A DNA stretch of 64,000 bases from an uncultured Porphyromonadaceae bacterium (GTDB lineage Bacteria; Bacteroidota; Bacteroidia; Bacteroidales; Porphyromonadaceae), in NCBI GenBank assembly GCA_947253625.1, contig CAMYAB010000003.1:107105-171104 (forward strand), given 5' to 3'. Positions 20,778-29,156 of this stretch are shown one piece after another (the stretch's first letter is position 1; the number at the start of each line of letters is the position of its first letter). A program made the translations under genes and the position numbers. The notes beneath the pieces were generated by a model, which made no database searches, was not told where the DNA came from, and saw only the letters and a list, made by a program, of their open reading frames with translations.

Positions 20778-21782
20778 GTGGCTGTTTTGGACCCAAAGTC
20801 TCGTCTTCGCCTTTTATTCCCTCTCTTGGCACTAGCACTTGTCCTGCTGACCCTTGTCGACTTGATGGTCGGTGATCGCCTGTGCACCCCGTGGGAGCTT
20901 GCGCACGCACTCTGTACGGATGGCGACCCCACACTCCGGCATATCCTGCTCTCCGTCCGGGGGACACGGACGGTGGTGGCGGTGCTGATAGGGATTGCCC
21001 TTCCGCTCTGTGGGCTGATGATGCAGACGGTCTTTCAAAATCCCCTGGCAGATCCCTACATACTGGGAGTAAGCAGTGGTACTGGGCTGGGAGTGGCCCT
21101 TTTTGTTCTCGGGGTGCCGTTGCTGGGGTTGCCTATCAGCAGCCTAGGGGTACTGGGGTCGGGCTTTTTGGGTGCACTGGCTGTGGTGCTACTGATCTTG
21201 ACTCTCAGCCGGCGGATTGGCAATATATTTGGGGTGCTGATCATTGGGGTGATGCTCAGCTATGTGGTCTCCTCTGTGATCCAAATCCTCCAATACTACT
21301 CCTCGGCAGAGCAGTTGCGACTTTTTACCCTCTGGAGCCTGGGCTCGCTCGGTGGGGTGACTCGCACTCAGCTCTCTGTGATGTTGCCGATCCTACTCCT
21401 CGGTGTCGGCACCACGATTGCCTCCATCAAGTCGCTCAACCTCCTACTCCTCGGGGACTACTATGCCGAGAGTATGGGGCTCAATATCCGTCGCAGCCGA
21501 CTCCTCATCCTAGGCAGTACCGCTCTGATGACCGGTGCGGTCACCGCCTTTTGTGGTCCGATAGGCTTCATCGGACTGGCCGTCCCTCACGTGGCACGCT
21601 ACCTCGTGCGGAGTGCGGATCATCGGGTACTGCTACCGGCGACAGCACTCCTCGGCAGCTGCGCCATGCTCCTGTGCAATACGCTGGCAAAGCTCTTCTT
21701 GATCCCGATCAACTCTGTCACGGCACTCCTAGGGGTGCCGATCATACTCGGAGTGATACTCAAGCAGCTCAACTACCGCTGA
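20778..21782 (+). CDS. FecCD/BtuC-family ABC permease
   Basis: About 9 TM segments. The ADPYILGVSSGTGLGVA and LLLGDYYAESMGLNIRRSRLL motifs match the FecCD family. Confidence 0.8.
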   Translation: MAVLDPKSRLRLLFPLLALALVLLTLVDLMVGDRLCTPWELAHALCTDGDPTLRHILLSVRGTRTVVAVLIGIALPLCGLMMQTVFQNPLADPYILGVSSGTGLGVALFVLGVPLLGLPISSLGVLGSGFLGALAVVLLILTLSRRIGNIFGVLIIGVMLSYVVSSVIQILQYYSSAEQLRLFTLWSLGSLGGVTRTQLSVMLPILLLGVGTTIASIKSLNLLLLGDYYAESMGLNIRRSRLLILGSTALMTGAVTAFCGPIGFIGLAVPHVARYLVRSADHRVLLPATALLGSCAMLLCNTLAKLFLIPINSVTALLGVPIILGVILKQLNYR

Positions 21783-21819
21783 CCCACCACCCCTCTCTCC
21801 CTCCTTCCAAAAAGACACC

Positions 21820-22578
21820 ATGCAGCTCCACCTCGATCAGATCACAGTCGGCTACCCGGGGCATCCGCTTGTCCCCACCGCCTCAGCGAACCTCTCCTCC
21901 GGCTCACTCACCGCACTCCTTGGGCGCAATGCGGCCGGCAAGAGTACCCTGCTCCGCCATATCTCCGGGGCACTCCCATTGCTTGGTGGATGCATCACAC
22001 TGGATGGGCAAGATACCGCAGAGCTCTCGCCTCATGAGCGTGCATTGCTGATCAGTGTGGTCAATACCAAAAGGGTACGAGACCCCCTCATGACGGCCAC
22101 TGACCTGGTCGCACTCGGACGATCCCCCTATACCGACTGGATGGGAACGCTAAAGGAGAACGATCGAGAAAAAGTGGACGAAGCACTGCGACTCACCGGC
22201 ATGTCCGGACACGAGAGACACACCCTGGCGACCATGAGTGATGGAGAGCTGCAGAGAGTGATGATCGCACGAGCCTTGGCCCAAGATACACCGGTGATTT
22301 TGCTGGACGAGCCTACCGCCTTTTTGGACCTCCCCAATCGCTACGAGATTGCTCTCCTGCTACGTGAGATAGCACACCGACAGCAGAGGCTCATTATCTT
22401 CAGCACCCATGAGCTGGACATTGCCTTTCAGCTCTGCGACTTGATCCTACTCTTGTCGCCCCCTGAGCTTTACCACCTACCCACCCCCGATATGGCCGAG
22501 TCCGGCCTGGTGGATCGGCTCTTTGAGGGCCCCAATGTGCGCTTTGACAGCCGGACCGCCCGCCTCTACTTCAAGTAG
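21820..22578 (+). CDS. ABC transporter ATP-binding protein (FecE/BtuD-like)
   Basis: Walker A LLGRNAAGKSTLL, signature MSDGELQRV and Walker B VILLDEPTAFLD. Confidence 0.85.
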   Translation: MQLHLDQITVGYPGHPLVPTASANLSSGSLTALLGRNAAGKSTLLRHISGALPLLGGCITLDGQDTAELSPHERALLISVVNTKRVRDPLMTATDLVALGRSPYTDWMGTLKENDREKVDEALRLTGMSGHERHTLATMSDGELQRVMIARALAQDTPVILLDEPTAFLDLPNRYEIALLLREIAHRQQRLIIFSTHELDIAFQLCDLILLLSPPELYHLPTPDMAESGLVDRLFEGPNVRFDSRTARLYFK

Positions 22579-22634
22579 GCAAAAAAGGACTGCTCCCCGG
22601 CCATCTCGGTACGGACAAATAGGAAAAACCCGAT

Positions 22635-22828
22635 GAGCGGGGGCGAAAAGTACTCCCCATGTAGATCCAAACTTTTTCCTCCGGTCGAAAAAGTCCAAAT
22701 CACACTGTGATTTATTCAGATCACTATGTGATTTATTCAAATCACTAAGTGGTTTCTTCAAATCACACAGTGATTTTATCTTTTTCTCCGACACACGTAC
22801 CTTTTTCTCCGACACGGTCGTTTTTTTC
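22635..22828 (+). repeat. Left 194-bp inverted repeat (IR-C) bracketing the MacB-type exporter operon
   Basis: Reverse complement of 28807-29000 with only 2 mismatches. Contains four 21-bp palindromic units (atcacactgtgat…) and two tttttctccgacac units. Confidence 0.9.
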
Positions 22829-22842
22829 AAGGGGAAAAAAAC

Positions 22843-22850
22843 TATCTTTG
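22843..22850 (+). promoter_or_regulatory. -7 box TATCTTTG between IR-C and the exporter ATPase gene
   Basis: TAnnTTTG match. The predicted transcription start falls after the ORF-track ATG (22854), which supports a downstream start for the ATPase. Confidence 0.45.
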
Positions 22851-22934
22851 TAGATGCCGAGCTTGCGGTGTGTCCCGTATCAGCGACTCTATGAGTGTCC
22901 ACCTTGTACGGTGTGCACAGTGGTGACCAACATT

Positions 22935-23615
22935 ATGATAGCTATGAATCCGGTAATCGAGATCAATGATCTACACAAGACCTACCCCGGAGTGCAGTCT
23001 CTGCATGTCCTCAAGGGGGTTTCACTGCGCATAGACAATGGGGAGATGGTGGCTCTGATGGGGGCCAGTGGATCGGGCAAGAGTACGCTCCTCAATATCC
23101 TCGGGATACTCGACACGTATGATGCAGGCTCCTATCACCTGAGTGGCAAGCTGATTCGGGATTTGGACGAAAACAGTGCGGCCGAGATGCGGGGACGGCA
23201 TATTGGTTTTGTGTTTCAGTCGTTTAATCTCATCAGCTTCAAGAACGCCCTAGAAAATGTGGCTCTGCCACTCTACTACCGAGGGGTCTCCCACAAAGTG
23301 CGCAACAAGCTGGCAGAGGAGTATCTGGACAAAGTGGGGCTTCTGGACTGGAAGGAGCACCTCCCGAATGAGTTGTCGGGCGGACAAAAGCAGAGAGTCT
23401 CCCTGGCAAGAGCACTGATCACCAAGCCGACCATACTCCTTGCCGATGAGCCCACCGGAGCCCTGGACAGCACGACCACCATAGAGGTGATGAATCTGCT
23501 GAGGCAGGTGAATGAGGAGGAGGGTGTGACCATGCTCATCGTCACGCACGAGCCGGCGGTGGCTGAGTGCTGCGAGCGCACGATACACATCAAGGACGGA
23601 CTGATCGTCCGATAA
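22935..23615 (+). CDS. MacB/LolD-type ABC transporter ATP-binding protein
   Basis: Walker A GASGSGKSTLLNILG, signature LSGGQKQRVSLARAL and Walker B LLADEPTGALD. The ORF extends to 22854, but the conserved N-terminus starts at MIAMNPVIEINDL. Confidence 0.85.
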   Translation: MIAMNPVIEINDLHKTYPGVQSLHVLKGVSLRIDNGEMVALMGASGSGKSTLLNILGILDTYDAGSYHLSGKLIRDLDENSAAEMRGRHIGFVFQSFNLISFKNALENVALPLYYRGVSHKVRNKLAEEYLDKVGLLDWKEHLPNELSGGQKQRVSLARALITKPTILLADEPTGALDSTTTIEVMNLLRQVNEEEGVTMLIVTHEPAVAECCERTIHIKDGLIVR

Positions 23616-23623
23616 GGAGGAGG

Positions 23624-24916
23624 ATGAGGATGAGAGTGCCTTTTTTTCAAGAGCTGATCAACTCCCTACACAACAACGTCCTCCGGACCCTCCTCACCGG
23701 CTCGACGATAGCCTGGGGCATTACTCTGCTCATCGTGCTCTTGGGCGTGGGCGACGGGATCGAGAAGGGTATCACCCACACGGCCTACTCGACAGGGCTG
23801 GGGGATGTGCAGATGTCTCTCTATCTCAACAACGCCAATCGCCCCTACGGCGGGTACCAGGATGGGCGGGATCTGTACCTCTCGTCCCGACAGGTGCGGC
23901 AGCTGCAGTCCGCTCAGGCGGCTCGCTACAGAGCGATAGAGCCCTGTTTTCAGAAAATAGGCAACATGGTCAGCACCGCCTATGGAGAGTCGGGGATGAT
24001 GATCGGGACCATCACGGCGCGTGAGCAGATGTTCAACCAAGAGAGGTTGCTTGCGGGGCGACTCTTTACGCCTCGGGAGCATGAGCAGGCAGAGCGAGTG
24101 TGCCTTTTGCCGGACTATGAGGTGTCGCGACTGTTTGTGTCGGGGCAGGACCCGATAGGGCAGAGTGTGATCGTGTGGGGGGTGTCGTTTCGGGTCGTGG
24201 GGACACTGGAGTATAGCAACCCCTACATGGGGATGATGAAGATTCCGTACAACACGTTTGTCGCCCTTTTCCCCAACGATGTCCTGAAGTACAAGATGCT
24301 GAACCTCTACCCTGTCACGAGGGATCAGGAGCTGCTGGCCCAGTGTGAGGAGGAGCTCAAAGCGGATGTGCGCCGTATGCTGACCGTGGATCCACAGGAC
24401 GACCTGTCGGTGACTGTCAGGAGTACGTCAAGTGCGGAGAATGCGATGGCAAAGGCTTTTGTCGGCCTCAAGATCCTACTCTGGGTGATGGGTGTGGGGA
24501 GCTTGTCGATAGGCACGATAGGAGTGACCAATATCATGAGTGTCACGGTCGAGGAGCGTCGTCGCGAGATCGGCATCCGCAAGGCAATAGGCGCTCGCCC
24601 GAGGGATATCCTCACGCTGGTCCTTGGCGAGAGCCTGCTCTTGTCACTCTTTTTCGGAGTGATCGGCATAGGGGTTGGCTACCTGTCGGTGGATATCATC
24701 GGTGACATGGTCGCTCGGCACGGCTGGGCCTCACGACCGATAATGATGGGACTGGACAGCACGACGCAGATCACGATCTTTCGGGATCCGCAGGTCAGCC
24801 CCGGGATGGCTCTTGGGGCTCTGTGCGTACTGGTCATCGCCGGATTGTGGGCCGGCTATGGACCGGCCAAGAAGGCGGTCAGGATACCTGCAGTGGTGGC
24901 TATGAGGGACAAGTAA
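23624..24916 (+). CDS. ABC transporter permease, FtsX/MacB family (1 of 2)
   Basis: N-terminal TM, a large periplasmic MacB-PCD-like domain and a C-terminal FtsX 4-TM domain with IGIRKAIGA. GGAGG RBS-like sequence before the ATG at 23624. Confidence 0.75.
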   Translation: MRMRVPFFQELINSLHNNVLRTLLTGSTIAWGITLLIVLLGVGDGIEKGITHTAYSTGLGDVQMSLYLNNANRPYGGYQDGRDLYLSSRQVRQLQSAQAARYRAIEPCFQKIGNMVSTAYGESGMMIGTITAREQMFNQERLLAGRLFTPREHEQAERVCLLPDYEVSRLFVSGQDPIGQSVIVWGVSFRVVGTLEYSNPYMGMMKIPYNTFVALFPNDVLKYKMLNLYPVTRDQELLAQCEEELKADVRRMLTVDPQDDLSVTVRSTSSAENAMAKAFVGLKILLWVMGVGSLSIGTIGVTNIMSVTVEERRREIGIRKAIGARPRDILTLVLGESLLLSLFFGVIGIGVGYLSVDIIGDMVARHGWASRPIMMGLDSTTQITIFRDPQVSPGMALGALCVLVIAGLWAGYGPAKKAVRIPAVVAMRDK

Positions 24917-24925
24917 GCAGGCAAC

Positions 24926-26206
24926 ATGATGATGAAGCGGTTTTTGAATCACGAAGTACGTCAGGAGATCTGGTACACGATCCGCGCCAATAAGCGTCGC
25001 ACACTGATGACAAGCCTGGGGGTCTTTGCGGGGATGTTTTTCTTCACCTTCCTGACCGGCATTGGGCAGGGGATCGAAAACTCCATCAGAGCCAATCTGG
25101 AGACCAGTTCGTCCGAGATGCAGATGATTTTTGGCTCTCGCACCACAATGCCCTACCAAGGCTACAAAGCCAATCGGCAGATCACGACCACCTATGGCGA
25201 CTTTCTCGCCCTAAAGAAGCAAGCGACCCTTATCGACAAAATAGAGGGGACAGCCGGATTTGGAGGCAGAGTGGACTCAAACACGACACGCGTAATAGCC
25301 AATGGTAAGAGCCAAGAAGAAAACGTCCAAGGGGTGTCCGCCGGCTACATACCCAATATCCTCCAAGCCATCGTGGTAGCCGGCCGATACATGCATCCCG
25401 ACGAGATCGACAGAGGCGAAAACATCTGCGTCATCGGGACAAACACCAGTGTGAAGTTCTTTGACACCTACGAGGAGGCAGTGGGGCAGTACATGATCAT
25501 ATCCGGTATCGCTTTTAGGATCGTTGGAGTGATGACACCCTACTCCGATGCCGCAAATATCGGATTCAACCTCAAGTACGTCACCTTGGTACCCCTTGTC
25601 TTTGCAGTCAACAACTCCCCCAACGCCGCCTGCCAGTTCCCATTTGTCCGCAAGCCCGGTGTGACTCCGGATGCCGCCGCCGATCAGATGATCACCCTCC
25701 TCTCCGCCCGCCACCATGTGCATCCGGAGGACAAAAAGGCCTTTGTGACGGTGAGTATGCAGATGATCACTCGTATCTTTGAGATGGTGGTCAACGTCAT
25801 CAATGTCCTAGTCTGGGTAGTCGCACTGGGCACGCTCTTCTCTGGAGTAATCTCTGTGTCCAATATCCTCCTCGTCACAGTCAGAGAGCGACAGCGCGAG
25901 ATCGGAGTGCGGCGCGCCATCGGTGCCAAGCCGTCGGATATCCGCTGGCAATTCATGCTCGAGTCCATCCTCATCATCCTCCTTGCCGGATCAGCGGGAA
26001 TGCTTGTGGCGCTGACCCTGAACCTCGGGATCGGGGCCCTGGCTGATGCGACACAGCTGGGAAACTTCATCCAAGCCCCATACCCGTCGCCACTCATGAT
26101 GGTGCTCTCGGTCATCATCATGCTGCTATCCGGACTGCTGGCCGGACTGCTACCGGTACACCAAGCACTAAAAATCAAGGCAATAGACGCCATAAGAGAC
26201 GAATAA
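24926..26206 (+). CDS. ABC transporter permease, FtsX/MacB family (2 of 2)
   Basis: Same architecture as the first permease. Conserved REIGVRRAIGAKPSDI. Confidence 0.75.
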   Translation: MMMKRFLNHEVRQEIWYTIRANKRRTLMTSLGVFAGMFFFTFLTGIGQGIENSIRANLETSSSEMQMIFGSRTTMPYQGYKANRQITTTYGDFLALKKQATLIDKIEGTAGFGGRVDSNTTRVIANGKSQEENVQGVSAGYIPNILQAIVVAGRYMHPDEIDRGENICVIGTNTSVKFFDTYEEAVGQYMIISGIAFRIVGVMTPYSDAANIGFNLKYVTLVPLVFAVNNSPNAACQFPFVRKPGVTPDAAADQMITLLSARHHVHPEDKKAFVTVSMQMITRIFEMVVNVINVLVWVVALGTLFSGVISVSNILLVTVRERQREIGVRRAIGAKPSDIRWQFMLESILIILLAGSAGMLVALTLNLGIGALADATQLGNFIQAPYPSPLMMVLSVIIMLLSGLLAGLLPVHQALKIKAIDAIRDE

Positions 26207-26234
26207 TAATCCCCAAAATATCCCCCCAAAAGCT

Positions 26235-27356
26235 ATGGCAAAGAATAGCAAAAGCAAAGTAATCTCCATCCTCCTCCGATGCCTCGTCGGCTTAGTGGCC
26301 ATCGGCATACTCGGGCTGGTCCTCTCCAAGTCCAAGAAAAAAGAAAACGAGTACGAGCTACTGAGCCCCACACCGGGTGACAGCATCATTCACAGCACCA
26401 TCCTGACCGGCAATATCCAGCCTCGAGACGAAGTGCTTGTCAAGCCACAGATGAGCGGTATCGTGGCTGAGCTGCTGCACCTACCGGGCGATATGGTCCG
26501 CGAGGGGGATCTGATAGCACGCATACGTATGATCCCGGACGTAGCCTCCGTCCAAAACGTAGCCTCACGAGTCGAGAGTGCGCGAGTGGCGCTCCGCACA
26601 GCATACGATGTCTACCGCCGCGACAGCCTGCTGATGGCCCAAAACATCCTCTCCGCAGAGCGCTACGAGCAGAGCAAAGGAGCCTACGACCGTGCGGTCA
26701 TCGACCTCGTCACAGCACAGGAGCAACTACAGCTGGCCAGCAAAGGATCCAGCAACCGCACCGCCAACCAAAACAACACCCTCGTCCGCGCCACAGTGAG
26801 TGGGGTCATCCTGGATCAACCCGTGAAAGTCGGATCCAGTGTCATCCAGGCCAACAACTTCAACGAAGGCACCACCATCGTGAGCATTGCCGACCTAAAC
26901 GACCTCCTTTTTGTCGGTAATGTCAACGAAAGCGATGTCAACAAAGTACAGGTAGGAGCTCAAGTCCGCCTCAAGGTAGGCGCCATCACCGGCCGGACCT
27001 ATCCCGCAATCGTAGAGTACGTCTCTCCCAAAGGCAAAGAGACCACCGGCACCATACTATTTGAGGTCAAGGCGGCCCTACAAGCCGGTGACCTCAGCGA
27101 CCTCAAAGCCGGATTTTCGTGCAACGCCGAAGTGGAGCTAGACCGTCGCACAGACGTCCTGACCATCCCCGAGAGTGCCATCTCCTACGAGGGCGACCAA
27201 GCCTACGTCTACCTCTCCAATGGAGGCAACACCGACAGTAGCTTCACCAAGCATGCCATCCAAGTCGGCCTCTCCGATGGACTAAAAATCGAAGTCCTAT
27301 CCGGACTGAGTGGCACAGAAAAGCTCCGTGGAAACCTACTCAGCATCAAAAAATAA
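26235..27356 (+). CDS. HlyD/MacA-family periplasmic adaptor (membrane-fusion protein)
   Basis: N-terminal TM, coiled-coil segment and a lipoyl/beta-barrel MFP fold (…RATVSGVILDQPVKVGSSV…). Confidence 0.75.
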   Translation: MAKNSKSKVISILLRCLVGLVAIGILGLVLSKSKKKENEYELLSPTPGDSIIHSTILTGNIQPRDEVLVKPQMSGIVAELLHLPGDMVREGDLIARIRMIPDVASVQNVASRVESARVALRTAYDVYRRDSLLMAQNILSAERYEQSKGAYDRAVIDLVTAQEQLQLASKGSSNRTANQNNTLVRATVSGVILDQPVKVGSSVIQANNFNEGTTIVSIADLNDLLFVGNVNESDVNKVQVGAQVRLKVGAITGRTYPAIVEYVSPKGKETTGTILFEVKAALQAGDLSDLKAGFSCNAEVELDRRTDVLTIPESAISYEGDQAYVYLSNGGNTDSSFTKHAIQVGLSDGLKIEVLSGLSGTEKLRGNLLSIKK

Positions 27357-27363
27357 GCCGACC

Positions 27364-28731
27364 ATGAGACCAGCCACCCACACCCTACTCCTCCTAGCGC
27401 TCCTCCTTGTACCGGCATCCCTATCGGCCCAGGAGCTCAAGCCCACCATGACCCTCGTGGAGTGCGTCGACTATGCACAGGCACACAGCCCACTGCTCCT
27501 ATCACTCGACCCCAAAATCGAGAGCATGCGACTAAACGAAGCTCTCGCCACGCAAGCCTTTTTGCCCAACCTCAACGCCGGACTTGGACAAAATGCTTCC
27601 TTCGGCAGATCGCAGGGCAAGGATGGCGTCTTCCGTGACCTCTCCAACACCAACACCTCCCTATCCATCTCGGCACAGCTGGACCTCATACAAGGCGGTG
27701 CCAGGTGGTGGAGCCTGAAAAAAGCCAAAGAGACCCTCAAGACCACAGACTACCTCATCGCCGACACCAAGGACAACATCGCACTCAAGACCACCCAAGA
27801 CTACATCACCCTACTCCTCGCAAGGCAGATGGTCACAGTGGCAAAAGAAAACCTCACCCTCTCCGAACAACAGCTCCACGAGACAGAGCGGCAGGTCACC
27901 GCAGGCAAGCTACCCGTCTCCAACCGTATTCAGGTACAGAGCCAAGTCGGACAAGCACGACTCACACTAGCCGAGGCCGAGGCCGATGCCGAGCGAGCCA
28001 TGCGCCTACTCCTTCTGGGAATGGGCGTCACCGATCGTGCCACCACCCTCACCACACCACAGTACGCCATCGACCAAGTAGCCACCCACAACGACCAACT
28101 CTCCACCTGCCGGCGAGACCCACTATGGGTACGACCCGATACACGACTAGCCGAGCTCAACGCCAACCTAGCCGACTACGACATCAAGCGTGCCAAAGCA
28201 GCCTACTGGCCAGCACTCTCGCTCAACGCCGGATACTCCAACGGCTACTACTACAACTTTGGCACCCACCTCCTCACAAGCACCAACATCCCCTTTGCCG
28301 ACCAACTCCGCCAAAATGGACGAACCTACGTCGGACTCTCACTCACCATCCCCATCTACAACAGAGGACAGCTCCAAGGACAGGTACGACAAGCCAAGCT
28401 CCTACAAATGAACCTCCGGACACAGTACATCCAAAAATCCTACCAAGACGAGCAAAACATACTCCTAGCCGAGTCCGACCTCCAAAAAGCACAAGGGCAG
28501 TGTACCCTATCGGCCGAAAACCTCAACCTCACACGCCAAGCACTCAATATCGCAGACCTGGAGTACCGAGCCGGCAAGATCACAACCTACGAGTGGGAGC
28601 AGGCCAAAAACAAACACATACAGGCACAAATACAGTACGCCACGTCCGTCTACACGAGGTTGCTCAGGAGCATCACCCTCCGATACTTCTATACCGGCCG
28701 ACTAGACTTCTCCGAGGTATTAGCCGACTAA
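27364..28731 (+). CDS. TolC-family outer-membrane efflux protein
   Basis: Signal peptide and two tandem TolC repeats (…LTLVECVDYAQAHSPLL… and …ADLEYRAGKITTYEWEQ…). The ATG at 27364 follows the HlyD stop. Confidence 0.8.
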   Translation: MRPATHTLLLLALLLVPASLSAQELKPTMTLVECVDYAQAHSPLLLSLDPKIESMRLNEALATQAFLPNLNAGLGQNASFGRSQGKDGVFRDLSNTNTSLSISAQLDLIQGGARWWSLKKAKETLKTTDYLIADTKDNIALKTTQDYITLLLARQMVTVAKENLTLSEQQLHETERQVTAGKLPVSNRIQVQSQVGQARLTLAEAEADAERAMRLLLLGMGVTDRATTLTTPQYAIDQVATHNDQLSTCRRDPLWVRPDTRLAELNANLADYDIKRAKAAYWPALSLNAGYSNGYYYNFGTHLLTSTNIPFADQLRQNGRTYVGLSLTIPIYNRGQLQGQVRQAKLLQMNLRTQYIQKSYQDEQNILLAESDLQKAQGQCTLSAENLNLTRQALNIADLEYRAGKITTYEWEQAKNKHIQAQIQYATSVYTRLLRSITLRYFYTGRLDFSEVLAD

Positions 28732-28806
28732 TCCTCATACCACACCCTTTTTCCCCATCATTCGCACCAAGCAGAGAAGGGGGGCTTTTTTTTGAGAAGC
28801 AAATGG

Positions 28807-29000
28807 GAAAAAAACGACCGTGTCGGAGAAAAAGGTACGTGTGTCGGAGAAAAAGATAAAATCACTGTGTGATTTGAAGAAACCACTTAGTGATTTGAAT
28901 AAATCACATAGTGATCTGAATAAATCACAGTGTGATTTGGACTTTTTCGACCGGAGAAAAAAGTTTGGATCTACATGGGGAGGACTTTTCGCCCCCGCTC
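28807..29000 (+). repeat. Right 194-bp inverted repeat (IR-D), reverse complement of IR-C
   Basis: 192 of 194 positions identical to the reverse complement of 22635-22828. Confidence 0.9.
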
Positions 29001-29053
29001 GTTGAGTTTTTGGAGTTGGTGTGTTGCGGTGAAAGTGGGTAGGCTCAATTTAC

Positions 29054-29095
29054 AAAGGGTGAGCTTTCGGACGAAAGCTCACCCTTTGTCTTTTT
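29054..29095 (+). terminator. Rho-independent terminator downstream of IR-D (plus strand)
   Basis: AAAGGGTGAGCTTTC-GGAC-GAAAGCTCACCCTTT stem-loop followed by GTCTTTTT. Confidence 0.75.
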
Positions 29096-29156
29096 GCCCG
29101 CCACAGTCGGGGAAATATCGCTCCTCAAGTCTTTTGGGGGGATCGAGCGCTCCTCT

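Noticed and set aside
20882-22051. 389-aa ORF overlapping the FecCD permease and ATPase genes in another frame
   Set aside because: Pro/Arg/Gly-rich, low-complexity translation typical of off-frame ORFs in high-GC DNA. The overlapping frames have clear ABC permease and ATPase motifs.
22697-22790. Possible CRISPR array (short regularly spaced palindromic repeats)
   Set aside because: The units are contiguous 21-bp repeats with no unique spacers, there are only 4 copies, and no cas genes are present. The pattern fits an iteron or operator array.
22477-22902. 141-aa ORF on the minus strand and its twin at 28820-29005 (+), both encoding …SEKKVRVSEKKIKSLCDLKKPLSDLNKSHSDLNKSQCDLDFFDRRKKFGSTWG
   Set aside because: The identical peptides are simply translations of the two inverted-repeat copies. 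The SDLNKS periodicity mirrors the 21-bp DNA units. No start-context or RBS support was seen, so these are treated as non-coding.
27705-28859. 384-aa Arg/His/Pro-rich ORF overlapping tolC in another frame
   Set aside because: Composition artefact of GC-rich DNA. The overlapping frame encodes a clear TolC-family protein.
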